Shown here: positions 38,570-48,403 of the stretch, one piece after another
How positions within the stretch are numbered: the first letter of the stretch is position 1
Layout: the number at the start of each line of letters is the position of its first letter
NCBI GenBank assembly: GCA_030152275.1
Contig: JASLHF010000027.1
Span: forward strand, 332-64,331
DNA length: 64,000 nt
Direction: 5' to 3'
DNA from: Acinetobacter sp.
Lineage (GTDB): Bacteria; Pseudomonadota; Gammaproteobacteria; Pseudomonadales; Moraxellaceae
Program-made: the position numbers and the translations under genes
Notes under the pieces: generated by a model
Seen by the model: only the letters and a program-made list of their open reading frames with translations
What the model was told of the DNA's origin: nothing
The model's database searches: none

Positions 38570-39709
38570 ATGGTTATGCGTACAGATGTGAAGCGCTATA
38601 AGGCCACTGACACAGGTTTGAATGCAACCCTTGTGCGCGGCACGAATATCGCGTTTTTAAAAGCAATTTTAAGCACAGGCTATAACGAAAAAACGGTATC
38701 CAATGCAACAAATGACGGCAACTTTGTGACCTTGGATTATGGTGTTGCGCACGGATATGCACTAGAGCGTGTGCTACAGATTTCGGGGGCAATAGATCCA
38801 CAATTGAATGGTGAGCATGCCATCATTCAGGTAACAGCGAATACAGTCACAATAGAGCTGAAAGTACTACCAGCAGGCTTGGGTGGGTTGATTAAAACAA
38901 AGGTTGCACCGCTTGGCTTTAACTTAGTGTATGAAGCCACCAATTTGGCTATTTTTGAGTTTCAGTATCATGGAAAAACCAAGTATCTACGAATTTATGA
39001 AACTCCGCTATATTCAGCTTATGTGAATCCTTCTGTGGGTGATGGTTTTGATCCAGCCACAGGACTATTAACAGACAATGTTTATCCCACGACGGCAACA
39101 GGAACACAAGTTCCTTATAAGTGGGATTTCGCTTATACCAACACAGCCACTGGTGTTGGTGAATATCCTTCAATTTTTGGAACCAGTGAAGGTTTTGTGA
39201 TTGTTGGGCAGTTCCAAAACAGTTATTTGGCGACATATTTATATGGCCTTCAGCCATGGTTTACTCCATTTGATAAGTTAGATACGCCGATCATGCTGTG
39301 CAGTTATCTAGACTTTTACAATGCTGGTGCTGCGGGTTCAACATTTTCATTCCAAGCCCGATTGCCAATTGTAGGTAATGTGAATATACAAAAAAATGAG
39401 GCATCTACAGAGATTAAAAATTTAGGGTTTGCTTTTTTAGGGGCGCCTAACGGCAATGTAATACCTGCGGGATTGCTGAATTTCAATCCTATTATGTACT
39501 GCTCCAGTATTGTTCATATTTATCAAACAAATCAGCCAATCGGGATTGCTAATGGAATTTATCGTACAGTGACAAATGCGAATACAGCACCGATTACTGC
39601 AGCTGTTATTGAGCAAATGGATGAAATGCGTGGCACCAAAGTGTGGTTGCGAACTCTGGAAACTAATAACCGCTACGTAGTGCTTGATGCTTATCAGGGG
39701 TTTGATTAA
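38570..39709 (+). CDS. Putative receptor-binding tail protein
   Basis: Tail operon; start placed after the terminator-like hairpin at 38533-38555. Confidence 0.6.
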   Translation: MVMRTDVKRYKATDTGLNATLVRGTNIAFLKAILSTGYNEKTVSNATNDGNFVTLDYGVAHGYALERVLQISGAIDPQLNGEHAIIQVTANTVTIELKVLPAGLGGLIKTKVAPLGFNLVYEATNLAIFEFQYHGKTKYLRIYETPLYSAYVNPSVGDGFDPATGLLTDNVYPTTATGTQVPYKWDFAYTNTATGVGEYPSIFGTSEGFVIVGQFQNSYLATYLYGLQPWFTPFDKLDTPIMLCSYLDFYNAGAAGSTFSFQARLPIVGNVNIQKNEASTEIKNLGFAFLGAPNGNVIPAGLLNFNPIMYCSSIVHIYQTNQPIGIANGIYRTVTNANTAPITAAVIEQMDEMRGTKVWLRTLETNNRYVVLDAYQGFD

Positions 39710-40035
39710 TGACAGATTATGCGGGTTTTCCTGAATTCATAAAGCACTTTAAGATAGGGATTGTGCGTATTGCAGTAAATACGACTTACCACGGCTCTGG
39801 GGCAATTGATGGCGATATCACTAAGGAGATGGTGAATTATGCGAATGCAAAAATCTGTGTGTTTGACCGGATTAATCGTGCATTAATTTGGGAGTTTTCA
39901 CCGAATGCGGATGGGCGCTATTCAGTACGGAACATCAATCCCAATCGTGAGTATTTCATTCTCGCATTTGATAATGCCCGTGAATATAACGCAGTCATTG
40001 AAGATATGGTGAAACCTTATGATCTCCTTCAGTAA
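39709..40035 (+). CDS. Tail-associated protein
   Basis: DGRY....YNAVI.D.V.P pattern; coupled to the previous gene. Confidence 0.6.
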   Translation: MTDYAGFPEFIKHFKIGIVRIAVNTTYHGSGAIDGDITKEMVNYANAKICVFDRINRALIWEFSPNADGRYSVRNINPNREYFILAFDNAREYNAVIEDMVKPYDLLQ

Positions 40036-40423
40036 CGCTGTTAAATCAGACCGTTTACAAGCATTTACGCGAGCACTAGATGCTGGTAGTGGTGGCGGAA
40101 AGATCCGCTTGTATGGAGGTGTGCCACCCACAGCAGGTGCTGTGCATTCTCAGACTTTATTGTGCGAATTGGTGCTACCAAAACCGAGCGCAGTCAGTGT
40201 TGCCAATGGGATTTTAACAATTGGAAGTCCATTCTCTGGAATGGCCTTGGTGAATGGGGTTGTGACTTGGTGCCGGCTCTCAGATTCAGCGGGAAATTTT
40301 GTAGCGGATTGTGATGCGGGTGGGGCATCCTCAACTGCAGTATTCCGTATTCAAAATGCGAATGGTGAAGTTTTTGCAGGTGGGCAGGTCATTGTGAATC
40401 AGGCACAGCTAAAAGAGGTGTAA
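40019..40423 (+). CDS. Tail-associated protein
   Basis: Operon context. Confidence 0.6.
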   Translation: MISFSNAVKSDRLQAFTRALDAGSGGGKIRLYGGVPPTAGAVHSQTLLCELVLPKPSAVSVANGILTIGSPFSGMALVNGVVTWCRLSDSAGNFVADCDAGGASSTAVFRIQNANGEVFAGGQVIVNQAQLKEV

Positions 40424-40427
40424 GCAT

Positions 40428-42431
40428 GTGGATGAAAAGAATCCTCGTAATTTAAGGCTGAACTTTGCTAAAACGGCTGGCCAATCAAATCCTAAAAACC
40501 TTAATTTAAACTTTGGAAAAAGCAGTGAATCGAAAGATGTATCTGCTTTTTTTATTGCTGAGATTCCGGTACCGGCTTTAAGTATTGATGCGGATACGCT
40601 GCAAACAGGTGATGCGCTCGCACATATTGTGATTGAGATTCAGCAGCCTGTTTTAGAGCTCGATGTCACAAGTACCATTTTGCCTCCAGAGTATGCGGGT
40701 ATTTATGCTGAAGTCTCAGCACCGGTACTTAGTATTCAGGCTGAATATGATTTTAATGTATCGCGCTATACGACAGCGGATCGATCCGAACAGTTTGAAA
40801 AAACTTTAAGGCTCACTCAAGAGACATATACACCGTATCAAACAGTAAATAAGTTTAAAGATCAGGTTTCGGTTAATCATCAGCATGCTGAAAAGCTCAA
40901 AGCTATGGGCGGTGATACTTATCAAAATGTGGCTCAGCTCAAAGATCAGCAAAAACTTGGTTGGCATGAAACAGTTGCAACTGAAAGGCATCAAAGCGAT
41001 ATCTATCAAAGCAATGAGTTACGCAGAAGATTAAATAAGAGCATTTGGCAGGAAACTGAAAAGCAGACTGTAATAACGTCCGATCATTACGACTACAACA
41101 TTGAGACAAGAAAATCCACTTTGAGCTGGTGGCAACAGGCGATTCAAATAGGGATTACGCGCGGTTTTGGTTTTAATGCCTCAGTCTGGCTTCAAGTCAT
41201 GGAGCGCTTGCGTTATCAGCAAACAGGAAAGCCTAAAATAGGTGCATGGGTTGAACCGCCAATTCCTGAACCTGGTCGCCCACCCTATGTGGGTTCTGGT
41301 CATTTAAATTTCTGTTGTAAGAAAGCTTCGGTCGATCCTCTCGATATTGTTCTTAATTTCACAGATGAGCGCTGTGATCCAGCACCGCCAGAGCATCTGG
41401 ATAATAAAAAGGTTTATTTCATTATGAATGAGGGATATTTAAAGCGCATCAGTGATGGTGCGCCAATTGAAGTGAAAAGCCTAAATCTCTCTATCGACCG
41501 TGATTCATGGTGCTGGAGCTTCAGCGCATCATTGCCGTTTACTGAAGAATCGAAGGTAAATACGGATGACGATTATGTTGAAGTTGAGCTCGGGCTAAAT
41601 GGCTTTGTGTGGCGTTTCTTGATTGAATCCAATACCAGCAACCAACAGTTTGCCAGCACGGATATTCAAATCAAAGGACGTTCACTTACAGCGATGCTGG
41701 CAGAAGAAGCTGGCACCCGCAGCTATAATCAAACGATCGCAGCATCGTCCGCGCAGCTGGCGCAGGCCGAATTGCAGCGTATAACCTTAGATTCACCGTT
41801 TAGCCTGCAGTGGTCATTGGTGGATGAATTGGGTTGGAATGTGCCGGCAAATGCCTGGTCATATGCTGAACTGACACCAATTAAGGCCATTCAGGAAATT
41901 GCCGAAGGTGCGGGCGGGTTTGTTTCATCTCACACGTCTGAGCGCAAGCTGCTTATTCAACCGCGGTATGCACATGCCCCGTGGGAGTGGGTTGGTTTAA
42001 CGCCGGAAGTATCAATCCCATTTAATCTTGTGCTGCAGCGTACAAGAGAGAAAGACTTCAAGCCGGACTACAACGCCGTAACCGCGGCTGCTGAACATCA
42101 GGGCATCCAAGCTGTTGTGAAACGCGAGGGCACAGCAGGCGATAAAATGGCGCCAACCGTCGTTACGCCTTTTATTAACTCCGAACAGCCAGCCCGAAGC
42201 ATGGCCAAATCTGAATTATCAAAATACGGTAAAAAGTGGATGTACCAGGACACCATCCCGTTGCATCCAGATATTGGGGTCATTCTACCCAGTCAAATCA
42301 TCGGCATGCAGGATAAGGATTTAAGCACTTGGAATGGTCATAGCTATGGCACATCAATTTCAGCAAGCTGGGATGGTGATGCCGGTCTTAAGATTCGGCA
42401 GACATTTACTGTGGAGCGCTATATTGAATGA
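40428..42431 (+). CDS. Tail hub-like protein
   Basis: 667 aa in tail module; D.DSWCWS, TP...I..IA..AG. Confidence 0.6.
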   Translation: MDEKNPRNLRLNFAKTAGQSNPKNLNLNFGKSSESKDVSAFFIAEIPVPALSIDADTLQTGDALAHIVIEIQQPVLELDVTSTILPPEYAGIYAEVSAPVLSIQAEYDFNVSRYTTADRSEQFEKTLRLTQETYTPYQTVNKFKDQVSVNHQHAEKLKAMGGDTYQNVAQLKDQQKLGWHETVATERHQSDIYQSNELRRRLNKSIWQETEKQTVITSDHYDYNIETRKSTLSWWQQAIQIGITRGFGFNASVWLQVMERLRYQQTGKPKIGAWVEPPIPEPGRPPYVGSGHLNFCCKKASVDPLDIVLNFTDERCDPAPPEHLDNKKVYFIMNEGYLKRISDGAPIEVKSLNLSIDRDSWCWSFSASLPFTEESKVNTDDDYVEVELGLNGFVWRFLIESNTSNQQFASTDIQIKGRSLTAMLAEEAGTRSYNQTIAASSAQLAQAELQRITLDSPFSLQWSLVDELGWNVPANAWSYAELTPIKAIQEIAEGAGGFVSSHTSERKLLIQPRYAHAPWEWVGLTPEVSIPFNLVLQRTREKDFKPDYNAVTAAAEHQGIQAVVKREGTAGDKMAPTVVTPFINSEQPARSMAKSELSKYGKKWMYQDTIPLHPDIGVILPSQIIGMQDKDLSTWNGHSYGTSISASWDGDAGLKIRQTFTVERYIE

Positions 42432-42661
42432 AAAACATTTGGAAGCAATTCATTGATGATGTACTGCCGAGCAAACCCATTAATTTGGGGGAGATTACTG
42501 CAATTTATGGTGACGGCCAGTATTCTGTAAACCTAGTAGGTGGCGGCTCTATTCGGGCATATTCAGATCAGAATTTGAATATTGGCGATAAAGTCAAAAT
42601 TACTGGCAGTAGGATTAATTCAAAAGCGCCGGACCTGCCAATTTATCAACTTGAAATTTAA
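42428..42661 (+). CDS. Small tail tip protein
   Basis: Coupled to previous gene; terminator follows. Confidence 0.55.
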   Translation: MKNIWKQFIDDVLPSKPINLGEITAIYGDGQYSVNLVGGGSIRAYSDQNLNIGDKVKITGSRINSKAPDLPIYQLEI

Positions 42662-42712
42662 TCAACGGCACCTTCGGGTGCTTTTTTATTGCCTAAAAAT
42701 TAGGGGAATTTA

Positions 42713-43099
42713 ATGGAGCCTGTCTCTACAAGTGGTTTTGCAGCTTTTTTAAAATTTTACGGTGCTGCGATTGCTGTCACATTAGCGATTGGCTTAGTTG
42801 CTACCGTAGTTATTATGATGCGCTTACCACGCTCACCACAAGAATGGGCTGTGGGCTTAATTTGTACAGTAGTTTCTAGCCTTACTGGAGGCGCATTTAT
42901 TATTGTGAAATGGGGCTTACATGAATGGGTAACAGATATATGGGGAATGATTGCCTTAGGCGGTTTCTTCTTTATCTGTGGGCTACCTGGCTGGGCTGTT
43001 GTCCGCTGGACTTTTAATTTTATTAATAAACAAGAAGGGAAAACGATTATTGAAGTTGTAAAAGAACTTAAAGACGTAAGAAATGATCTTAGAAAATAA
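42713..43099 (+). CDS. Holin
   Basis: Three TM segments, charged C-terminus, upstream of endolysin. Confidence 0.75.
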   Translation: MEPVSTSGFAAFLKFYGAAIAVTLAIGLVATVVIMMRLPRSPQEWAVGLICTVVSSLTGGAFIIVKWGLHEWVTDIWGMIALGGFFFICGLPGWAVVRWTFNFINKQEGKTIIEVVKELKDVRNDLRK

Positions 43100-43188
43100 T
43101 CAAACATCTTAAAAAGTAAAAAGCCAAGAACTGCAATTCTTGGCTTTTTTATTTCCAAAACTTTAATAAAAGGATCAGAAAAATATTC

Positions 43189-43362
43189 ATGTCCGATAAT
43201 TTTAACACCAAACCCGATATCAGCATAGAGGGAAAAATGAGCGAAAAAGATACAGGAAAAGTAGCCATCATTATGGCGTGGGGTAAGTCTATTTCACTGG
43301 TGGTTGGTAGTCTTACAGGTGCAATAGTCGCTATAACAGCATTAATGAAATGGATTGTGTGA
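43189..43362 (+). CDS. 57-aa membrane peptide (GKMSE family, copy 1)
   Basis: IEGKMSEK followed by a C-terminal hydrophobic helix. Confidence 0.6.
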   Translation: MSDNFNTKPDISIEGKMSEKDTGKVAIIMAWGKSISLVVGSLTGAIVAITALMKWIV

Positions 43363-43556
43363 TATGCCAGTATGGAGATTTATAGCAATTTTTCTGACGA
43401 TAATTATTTGTACATATATTTGGAGAATGTAAGCCGACCCCTTAGAGATCGGTTTTTATTTTCTGTGCACCGAAAGGTGCTTTTTTTATACCCAAAGAAA
43501 AACCCCGATGTTGGAAGCACCGGGGTTTTTTCATATCAACCAAAAGGAAAGGAGAC

Positions 43557-43727
43557 ATGATTAATCTATATGCAAATCATACATCAAATTCAAAATTAAA
43601 GGTAGATGGAAAAATGAGCGAACAAGGGGCAGATCGTGCTGGATTGTTGCAATCCATTGCTTTGATTATCTTTGCTTTATCTTCGGTAATTACTGCGATA
43701 AGTATTCTTGTATGGGCAATTAAATAG
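43557..43727 (+). CDS. 56-aa membrane peptide (GKMSE family, copy 2)
   Basis: AAGGAG RBS; VDGKMSEQ followed by a C-terminal hydrophobic helix. Confidence 0.65.
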   Translation: MINLYANHTSNSKLKVDGKMSEQGADRAGLLQSIALIIFALSSVITAISILVWAIK

Positions 43728-43816
43728 ATCCAATGCAACCAAACTAAGTTAGATATCGCTTTTATTGTCAGTGTATGCGCCATAAGGCGCTTTTTTTGTG
43801 TCTAAAGGAAAGTGAA

Positions 43817-44407
43817 ATGAGTAAGAAATTAACAACAGCACAAATTGAAAATCAAGCAAAGTTGCTAGGGGTAGAAACTGCAGCATTGCGGGCTGTGATA
43901 GACGTTGAATGTAAAGGATCTGGTTTTAATGCTGATAATACACCAGTCATTCTGTTTGAACGTCATGTAATGCGGCAGCGTTTGATCGCGAATGGCCAAT
44001 CAAAAATTGCTGATCAGATGATGATTAAGCGCCCTGATCTTTGCAGTAAAAGTACAGGTGGTTATGGCTTATCTTCTACTCAGCATGGTCGATTGAATGC
44101 TGCAGCGCAATATCATCGTGCATCTGCACTTGAATCGGCAAGTTGGGGCATTGGGCAGGTAATGGGGTATCACTGGGAAGCGCTTGGTTATGCATCCCTA
44201 CAGACTTTTATCAATGCGATGTATAAAGATGAGTCCTCACAGCTTGATGCCATGTGCCGATATATTAAGGTGAATGGCCTAGTCAATGCATTGAAAAATA
44301 AAGATTGGAAATCATTTGCACGTGGCTACAACGGAGCGGCTTATGCAAAGAATAACTATGATGTGAAGTTGGCGAACGCCTATAAAATTTACCGAGATCA
44401 AAATTAG
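43817..44407 (+). CDS. Endolysin, N-acetylmuramidase (DUF3380-type)
   Basis: VE..G.GF, ILFERH, SASWG.GQVMG, FARGYNG. Confidence 0.9.
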   Translation: MSKKLTTAQIENQAKLLGVETAALRAVIDVECKGSGFNADNTPVILFERHVMRQRLIANGQSKIADQMMIKRPDLCSKSTGGYGLSSTQHGRLNAAAQYHRASALESASWGIGQVMGYHWEALGYASLQTFINAMYKDESSQLDAMCRYIKVNGLVNALKNKDWKSFARGYNGAAYAKNNYDVKLANAYKIYRDQN

Positions 44408-44482
44408 TATTGCATAAAATAAACACAGTATTTTTTGTGCTTTGTTAGTGTAGAGTTTTAACTAATCTATATAGGCCTAAGT

Positions 44483-44599
44483 ATGAAAGCGTTAGCAATT
44501 ATAAGTGTGGTACTAGTATTAGGGCTGACAGGTTGTCAGCAAAAAGATAGTAATGAAAATGAAGAGACGACAACTCCTCATACCTTAGATAAGGACTAA
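44483..44599 (+). CDS. 38-aa lipoprotein
   Basis: Signal with LTGC lipobox and acidic tail. Confidence 0.6.
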   Translation: MKALAIISVVLVLGLTGCQQKDSNENEETTTPHTLDKD

Positions 44600-44635
44600 C
44601 GTCATTAATGTTTCACTCATTTGCTTGAAAAGCCC

Positions 44636-45007
44636 TCATTTGAGGGCTTCTTGAAATACATCTTCCGAATCATTTAAGTTCGTATCTTCAATAATGTGAC
44701 CAATAAATTTAGCTTTAATTACAAGCGGAACAGTCTGAAGGTTTTCAACATTGCCTTTCAATAAATATCCTTCAGGTTCTGGGTGGCAAACGAGATTGAG
44801 TCTTAGCTTACCTAAATTACCAAAAAAAGAATGTGCCTCAATGTTGTGTTTGCTTAATTCAAGAATTACTTGTTCATCGCTCAATTTACCAGAATAGGTA
44901 TAGATTGTATCGCCGCCATTGGCTATGCCATTGTTTACAATCAAAATACCAGTTCCAAAATCAATATTTTTACTTTTGAATATCAGTAAATAAATTCCAT
45001 TATTCAT
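44636..45007 (-). CDS. GrlR-like protein
   Basis: GIY..F.S...FG.G......NGGD..Y.Y.G pattern. Confidence 0.6.
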   Translation of the reverse strand: MNNGIYLLIFKSKNIDFGTGILIVNNGIANGGDTIYTYSGKLSDEQVILELSKHNIEAHSFFGNLGKLRLNLVCHPEPEGYLLKGNVENLQTVPLVIKAKFIGHIIEDTNLNDSEDVFQEALK

Positions 45008-45019
45008 TTGGGTTCTCGA

Positions 45020-45178
45020 TTATATATTGCTATTTTGAGTGGGCTTTTCATTTTTACTATCTGCATTATTTCCCGTGTTATCACTTTCTGCTTGATAGGT
45101 TGGTTTTTTCTGAGATTTATATTTGTTGTATAAACAACCAACTAATACACCAGCGCCAAGTAATTTTAGAAATTTCAT
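45020..45178 (-). CDS. 52-aa membrane-anchored hydrophilic peptide
   Basis: GAGG RBS; MKFLKLLGAGVLVGC (possible lipobox) then a polar tail. Confidence 0.55.
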   Translation of the reverse strand: MKFLKLLGAGVLVGCLYNKYKSQKKPTYQAESDNTGNNADSKNEKPTQNSNI

Positions 45179-45432
45179 TTTTAATACCTCTTTTATAATT
45201 CATTAATTAAAAATAGCATGTATGTGTTTAAGTTTTACAATTGATATTGTAATTAAATATATTTATTTTTCTTAATTTGATAATATATTTATAAGGTTAT
45301 ATTTAATATGATTATTTTATTTTTGTGGGTAAATGATAATATTTTTTGATACATCTTAATGGTATCTATATATTAATAATAGGTCCAAGCTGTATTTGTC
45401 ACTAATAGTAATGACAAATAAAGGAAGTAGAT

Positions 45433-45618
45433 ATGCAAAACTCTAATCAATCAGGTCCTAAGCAAAATCAAGACACAAATAAACAACTTGATAGCGATCA
45501 AGACAAACAGCAACAACAGCAGCAACAGTCAGATAAACACATTCAGAGTGAAAAAGAGCCTAAACAAGATCAGGCTCAAAAAAACAAAGAGCAGCAACAG
45601 GATAAAAAAAATAATTAA
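45433..45618 (+). CDS. Gln-rich hydrophilin-like protein
   Basis: AAGGA RBS; almost entirely Q/N/D/K/S. Confidence 0.65.
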   Translation: MQNSNQSGPKQNQDTNKQLDSDQDKQQQQQQQSDKHIQSEKEPKQDQAQKNKEQQQDKKNN

Positions 45619-46045
45619 AACTGCTCTTGTTCTCTGAACAGGGTTAAGAGGGGGGCTGACCACACTCCTTTTAACTTTGAAAAATATTTTGAAATTTAGC
45701 GTGGTTTAAGGTGAATATAATGGATACAAAATTATTTGTTGAAGTGACTAATTTGAATTTTAAAAAAATTCTGTTAACTAATGATTTTCAGCAAAATACT
45801 AATGATCTTTTGCATAGGAATAAATATGATAAGTTTTGTTATCATTTGGTTTTAAATTCAAATGCAAGAAGAGCTTATTTTAAAAATTTTATTAAATAGA
45901 TTGAAATGTTTTTATAATAATAATTTTTTTCTTTCACATTGTTCTAAATATATTACGCAGCGTTTGGTTTATGTGCATTACTTTTAATTGAGCTTGGCTT
46001 ACTGTTTTAAAACTAAAAGATGAAAACAAAGCATAAAGGTAAGTT

Positions 46046-46459
46046 ATGACTCTGCAAGCTGAAAACATTAATCGCAATTCTCCATCTGAAGTAGTAAAGA
46101 AATATGGTCAATTTTTGAATGAACAAAATCTCGATAATATTCTAGGCTTGTACCACGTAAATGCAGAAATTATTCCTGATCAATTAGCTAGCTTACAAGG
46201 AAAGGAAAATATAATTTCTTTTTATCAGAATACGTTTGCAAATATTAAAATTTTGGGCGAATTAGCCATACAGTCTGTGTACGAATCAACAGAAGTAGCA
46301 ATTGTTAGATGCGAAGAAGTTGGAGAAGTTACAGATTTATCTAGTGGTATTAAATCAAATCATTATTTTAGAGAAATGTTTATACTGATAAAAGAAGATG
46401 ATGTGTGGAAAATCTATAAATACATGTTTTCAACCAATGATAGTCAAATTGATCAATAA
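46046..46459 (+). CDS. NTF2/SnoaL-like protein
   Basis: LY...AEIIP...G.E.I..FY; WKI..YMFS. Confidence 0.75.
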   Translation: MTLQAENINRNSPSEVVKKYGQFLNEQNLDNILGLYHVNAEIIPDQLASLQGKENIISFYQNTFANIKILGELAIQSVYESTEVAIVRCEEVGEVTDLSSGIKSNHYFREMFILIKEDDVWKIYKYMFSTNDSQIDQ

Positions 46460-46499
46460 GCATAAAAAGCCCTCAAATGAGGGCTTTTTTAATACTAAA

Positions 46500-46733
46500 C
46501 TAAACTTGAACCCAAGTATCTTTAACTTCTTGTGAGTCTTTAGTTAGTACAATCTTATTATCAGTAATTTCGCCGACCCATGAAACTGGAATTAAGTGGT
46601 GATGGCCATCGCCATGTTTTGTAAGCTTGATTTGGTCTGATCCCTGTAAATGATCAACTTCACCAACTTTAGTACCGCAAGATGCAATAACGTCTGCATG
46701 GCTCTTAATATTGTCAACATTAATAGTAGTCAT
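46500..46733 (-). CDS. DUF2171-like protein
   Basis: G..VG.VDHL.G...IKLTK...HHLIP.SWV. Confidence 0.8.
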   Translation of the reverse strand: MTTINVDNIKSHADVIASCGTKVGEVDHLQGSDQIKLTKHGDGHHHLIPVSWVGEITDNKIVLTKDSQEVKDTWVQV

Positions 46734-47062
46734 TGGATTACTTCCCTATTTCAATGTGATTGAGCATTTAGCCTATAGCAAAAAAGCTGAGATATCAGGG
46801 ATTGCAATAGAAGGGATACAAAGGGTCTTAATTTCTTACGTTCATAACCAGATAATTTACATTGTATTATTTAGAAATAAATCTAAAATTGGTTTTTTTA
46901 TAATCGATTTTAAGCATTTACGGGTAATTTTTATCACATTGAAAGGTGGAAACTTGCAAACCATAACTTAATTTGTAATCCTTTCAACCAAGGGTGTCTA
47001 GCTTAGCTAAGGCAGGTATTTGTTGTAGTCGGGCCGCTACAATGTGGACAACGAGTACCTGT

Positions 47063-47260
47063 ATGTTTAATTGCCAGATTTTTAATCAAGTCTCTACCCA
47101 AGTATTGACTATAAAAAATGACCTTCAGCTTAATTCTGATCTTCAATTAATCAATAAATATAAATCTTCAAGTTTAGATGAGTATAAACAAGCGATTGTT
47201 TTAATATTAAAAGATCGTGGCTACACAAATATAGAGATTGGACAACTTTTAGAAAATTGA
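47063..47260 (+). CDS. Hypothetical protein
   Basis: ATG after GAG; 3' part of the ORF-track call 46994..47260. Confidence 0.45.
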   Translation: MFNCQIFNQVSTQVLTIKNDLQLNSDLQLINKYKSSSLDEYKQAIVLILKDRGYTNIEIGQLLEN

Positions 47261-47394
47261 TCTATACGTTGATAGATTTAGAAAAAAATCCTTTTCAAAG
47301 TGTATGTAGCTTATTTTACTTTAAGTACTTCCTTTAAAATTGAATACAAACAAAGGATTATAAAAATAGGAGCCCTCAATTGAGGGCTTAAAAA

Positions 47395-47955
47395 TTACTT
47401 ATGTTTTGTCTTAATCAGATCCGACAAATCAAACCCTATAGATTTCGCATAATTTAAGTATTCATCAACAGTCGCTTGGTCTGGATTAGCAGTTCTGCTT
47501 AAAACCCATAGATATTTTTTGTTGGGTGTACCAACCAATGCAGTTTGATAGTTATCATCAATTTTTAAAACCCAGTAATCACCGCGGCCTACTGGTAACC
47601 AGCGAATTGCTTTTGGTAAAAAGCTCACTTTAAGTTTAGAGTTGGCTGGTGCGTTCTGAACATAGGCTTCACCAATTGATTGGTTAAGTTTGCCGTCTGC
47701 GCTATAGCAACTATTATCGACTTTCACATTACCATTTTCATTTAAAGAATATTTAGCAGTGACGTTGTAATCACATTTATTTTGAAAATATAACGGCTTA
47801 CGTGCAATTTCATGCCATGTACCAAGATATTTATTTAAATCTACGTTTGATACTGCTTGGACTTCCGTGGTGTTTGCATTTGCTGTTGAGAGTAATGAGC
47901 CAGCAATAAGTACTGCACCACCAGCTAAAAGGAGCTTACGCGTTTTTGAATTCAT
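47395..47955 (-). CDS. Lipocalin (Blc-like)
   Basis: YLGTWHEIAR, GDYWV, YLWVLSR; signal peptide without lipobox Cys. Confidence 0.9.
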   Translation of the reverse strand: MNSKTRKLLLAGGAVLIAGSLLSTANANTTEVQAVSNVDLNKYLGTWHEIARKPLYFQNKCDYNVTAKYSLNENGNVKVDNSCYSADGKLNQSIGEAYVQNAPANSKLKVSFLPKAIRWLPVGRGDYWVLKIDDNYQTALVGTPNKKYLWVLSRTANPDQATVDEYLNYAKSIGFDLSDLIKTKHK

Positions 47956-48066
47956 GTTATAAGCCTGCTTTAATTTGAAAGTTAATTAATTACTATAAAT
48001 TGGTTTTAAGCTCATTTTGTTTTTTTATGTATTAAGTATTTGATCTTTAATCATTGTTTAACCTTT

Positions 48067-48288
48067 CTACTTTTTCTTCTTCGGACACTTTTTACCATTT
48101 CCACCTGGCAAGCAATCACAGGCCTGGCCATCGCCGTCGCGGTCTAGACTTTTCCAGCCAGTTTGTCTTGATTTCTTTCTCTGTTCATACCATTTCTGTG
48201 CTTGTTGCTGAGCAGAAAAGTCAGCACATTTTTTTGCATAAACTTGGATGGAAGTGAACCCCAAAACTAAAATGAGTAAAAATTTCAT
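48067..48288 (-). CDS. Excalibur calcium-binding domain protein
   Basis: Signal peptide; CADF...AQ...LDRDGDGQAC. Confidence 0.85.
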   Translation of the reverse strand: MKFLLILVLGFTSIQVYAKKCADFSAQQQAQKWYEQRKKSRQTGWKSLDRDGDGQACDCLPGGNGKKCPKKKK

Positions 48289-48403
48289 AAATTATTTTAA
48301 ATTCAGAAAGTTGTAGGAATTCTAACATCAAATCTATCATGTGACAAAAAGTAAACATTTTGTTAGATTGTGTAAAAAGAAACATTAAGACTAGGGGTTA
48401 ATC

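Noticed and set aside
38570..39709. Diversity-generating retroelement or invertible tail-fibre system
   Set aside because: No reverse transcriptase, invertase or TR/VR duplicate seen in the window
45711..45899. 62-aa ORF (also 43372..43560 and 46711..46971)
   Set aside because: AT-rich intergenic DNA or spans terminator hairpins; no recognisable features
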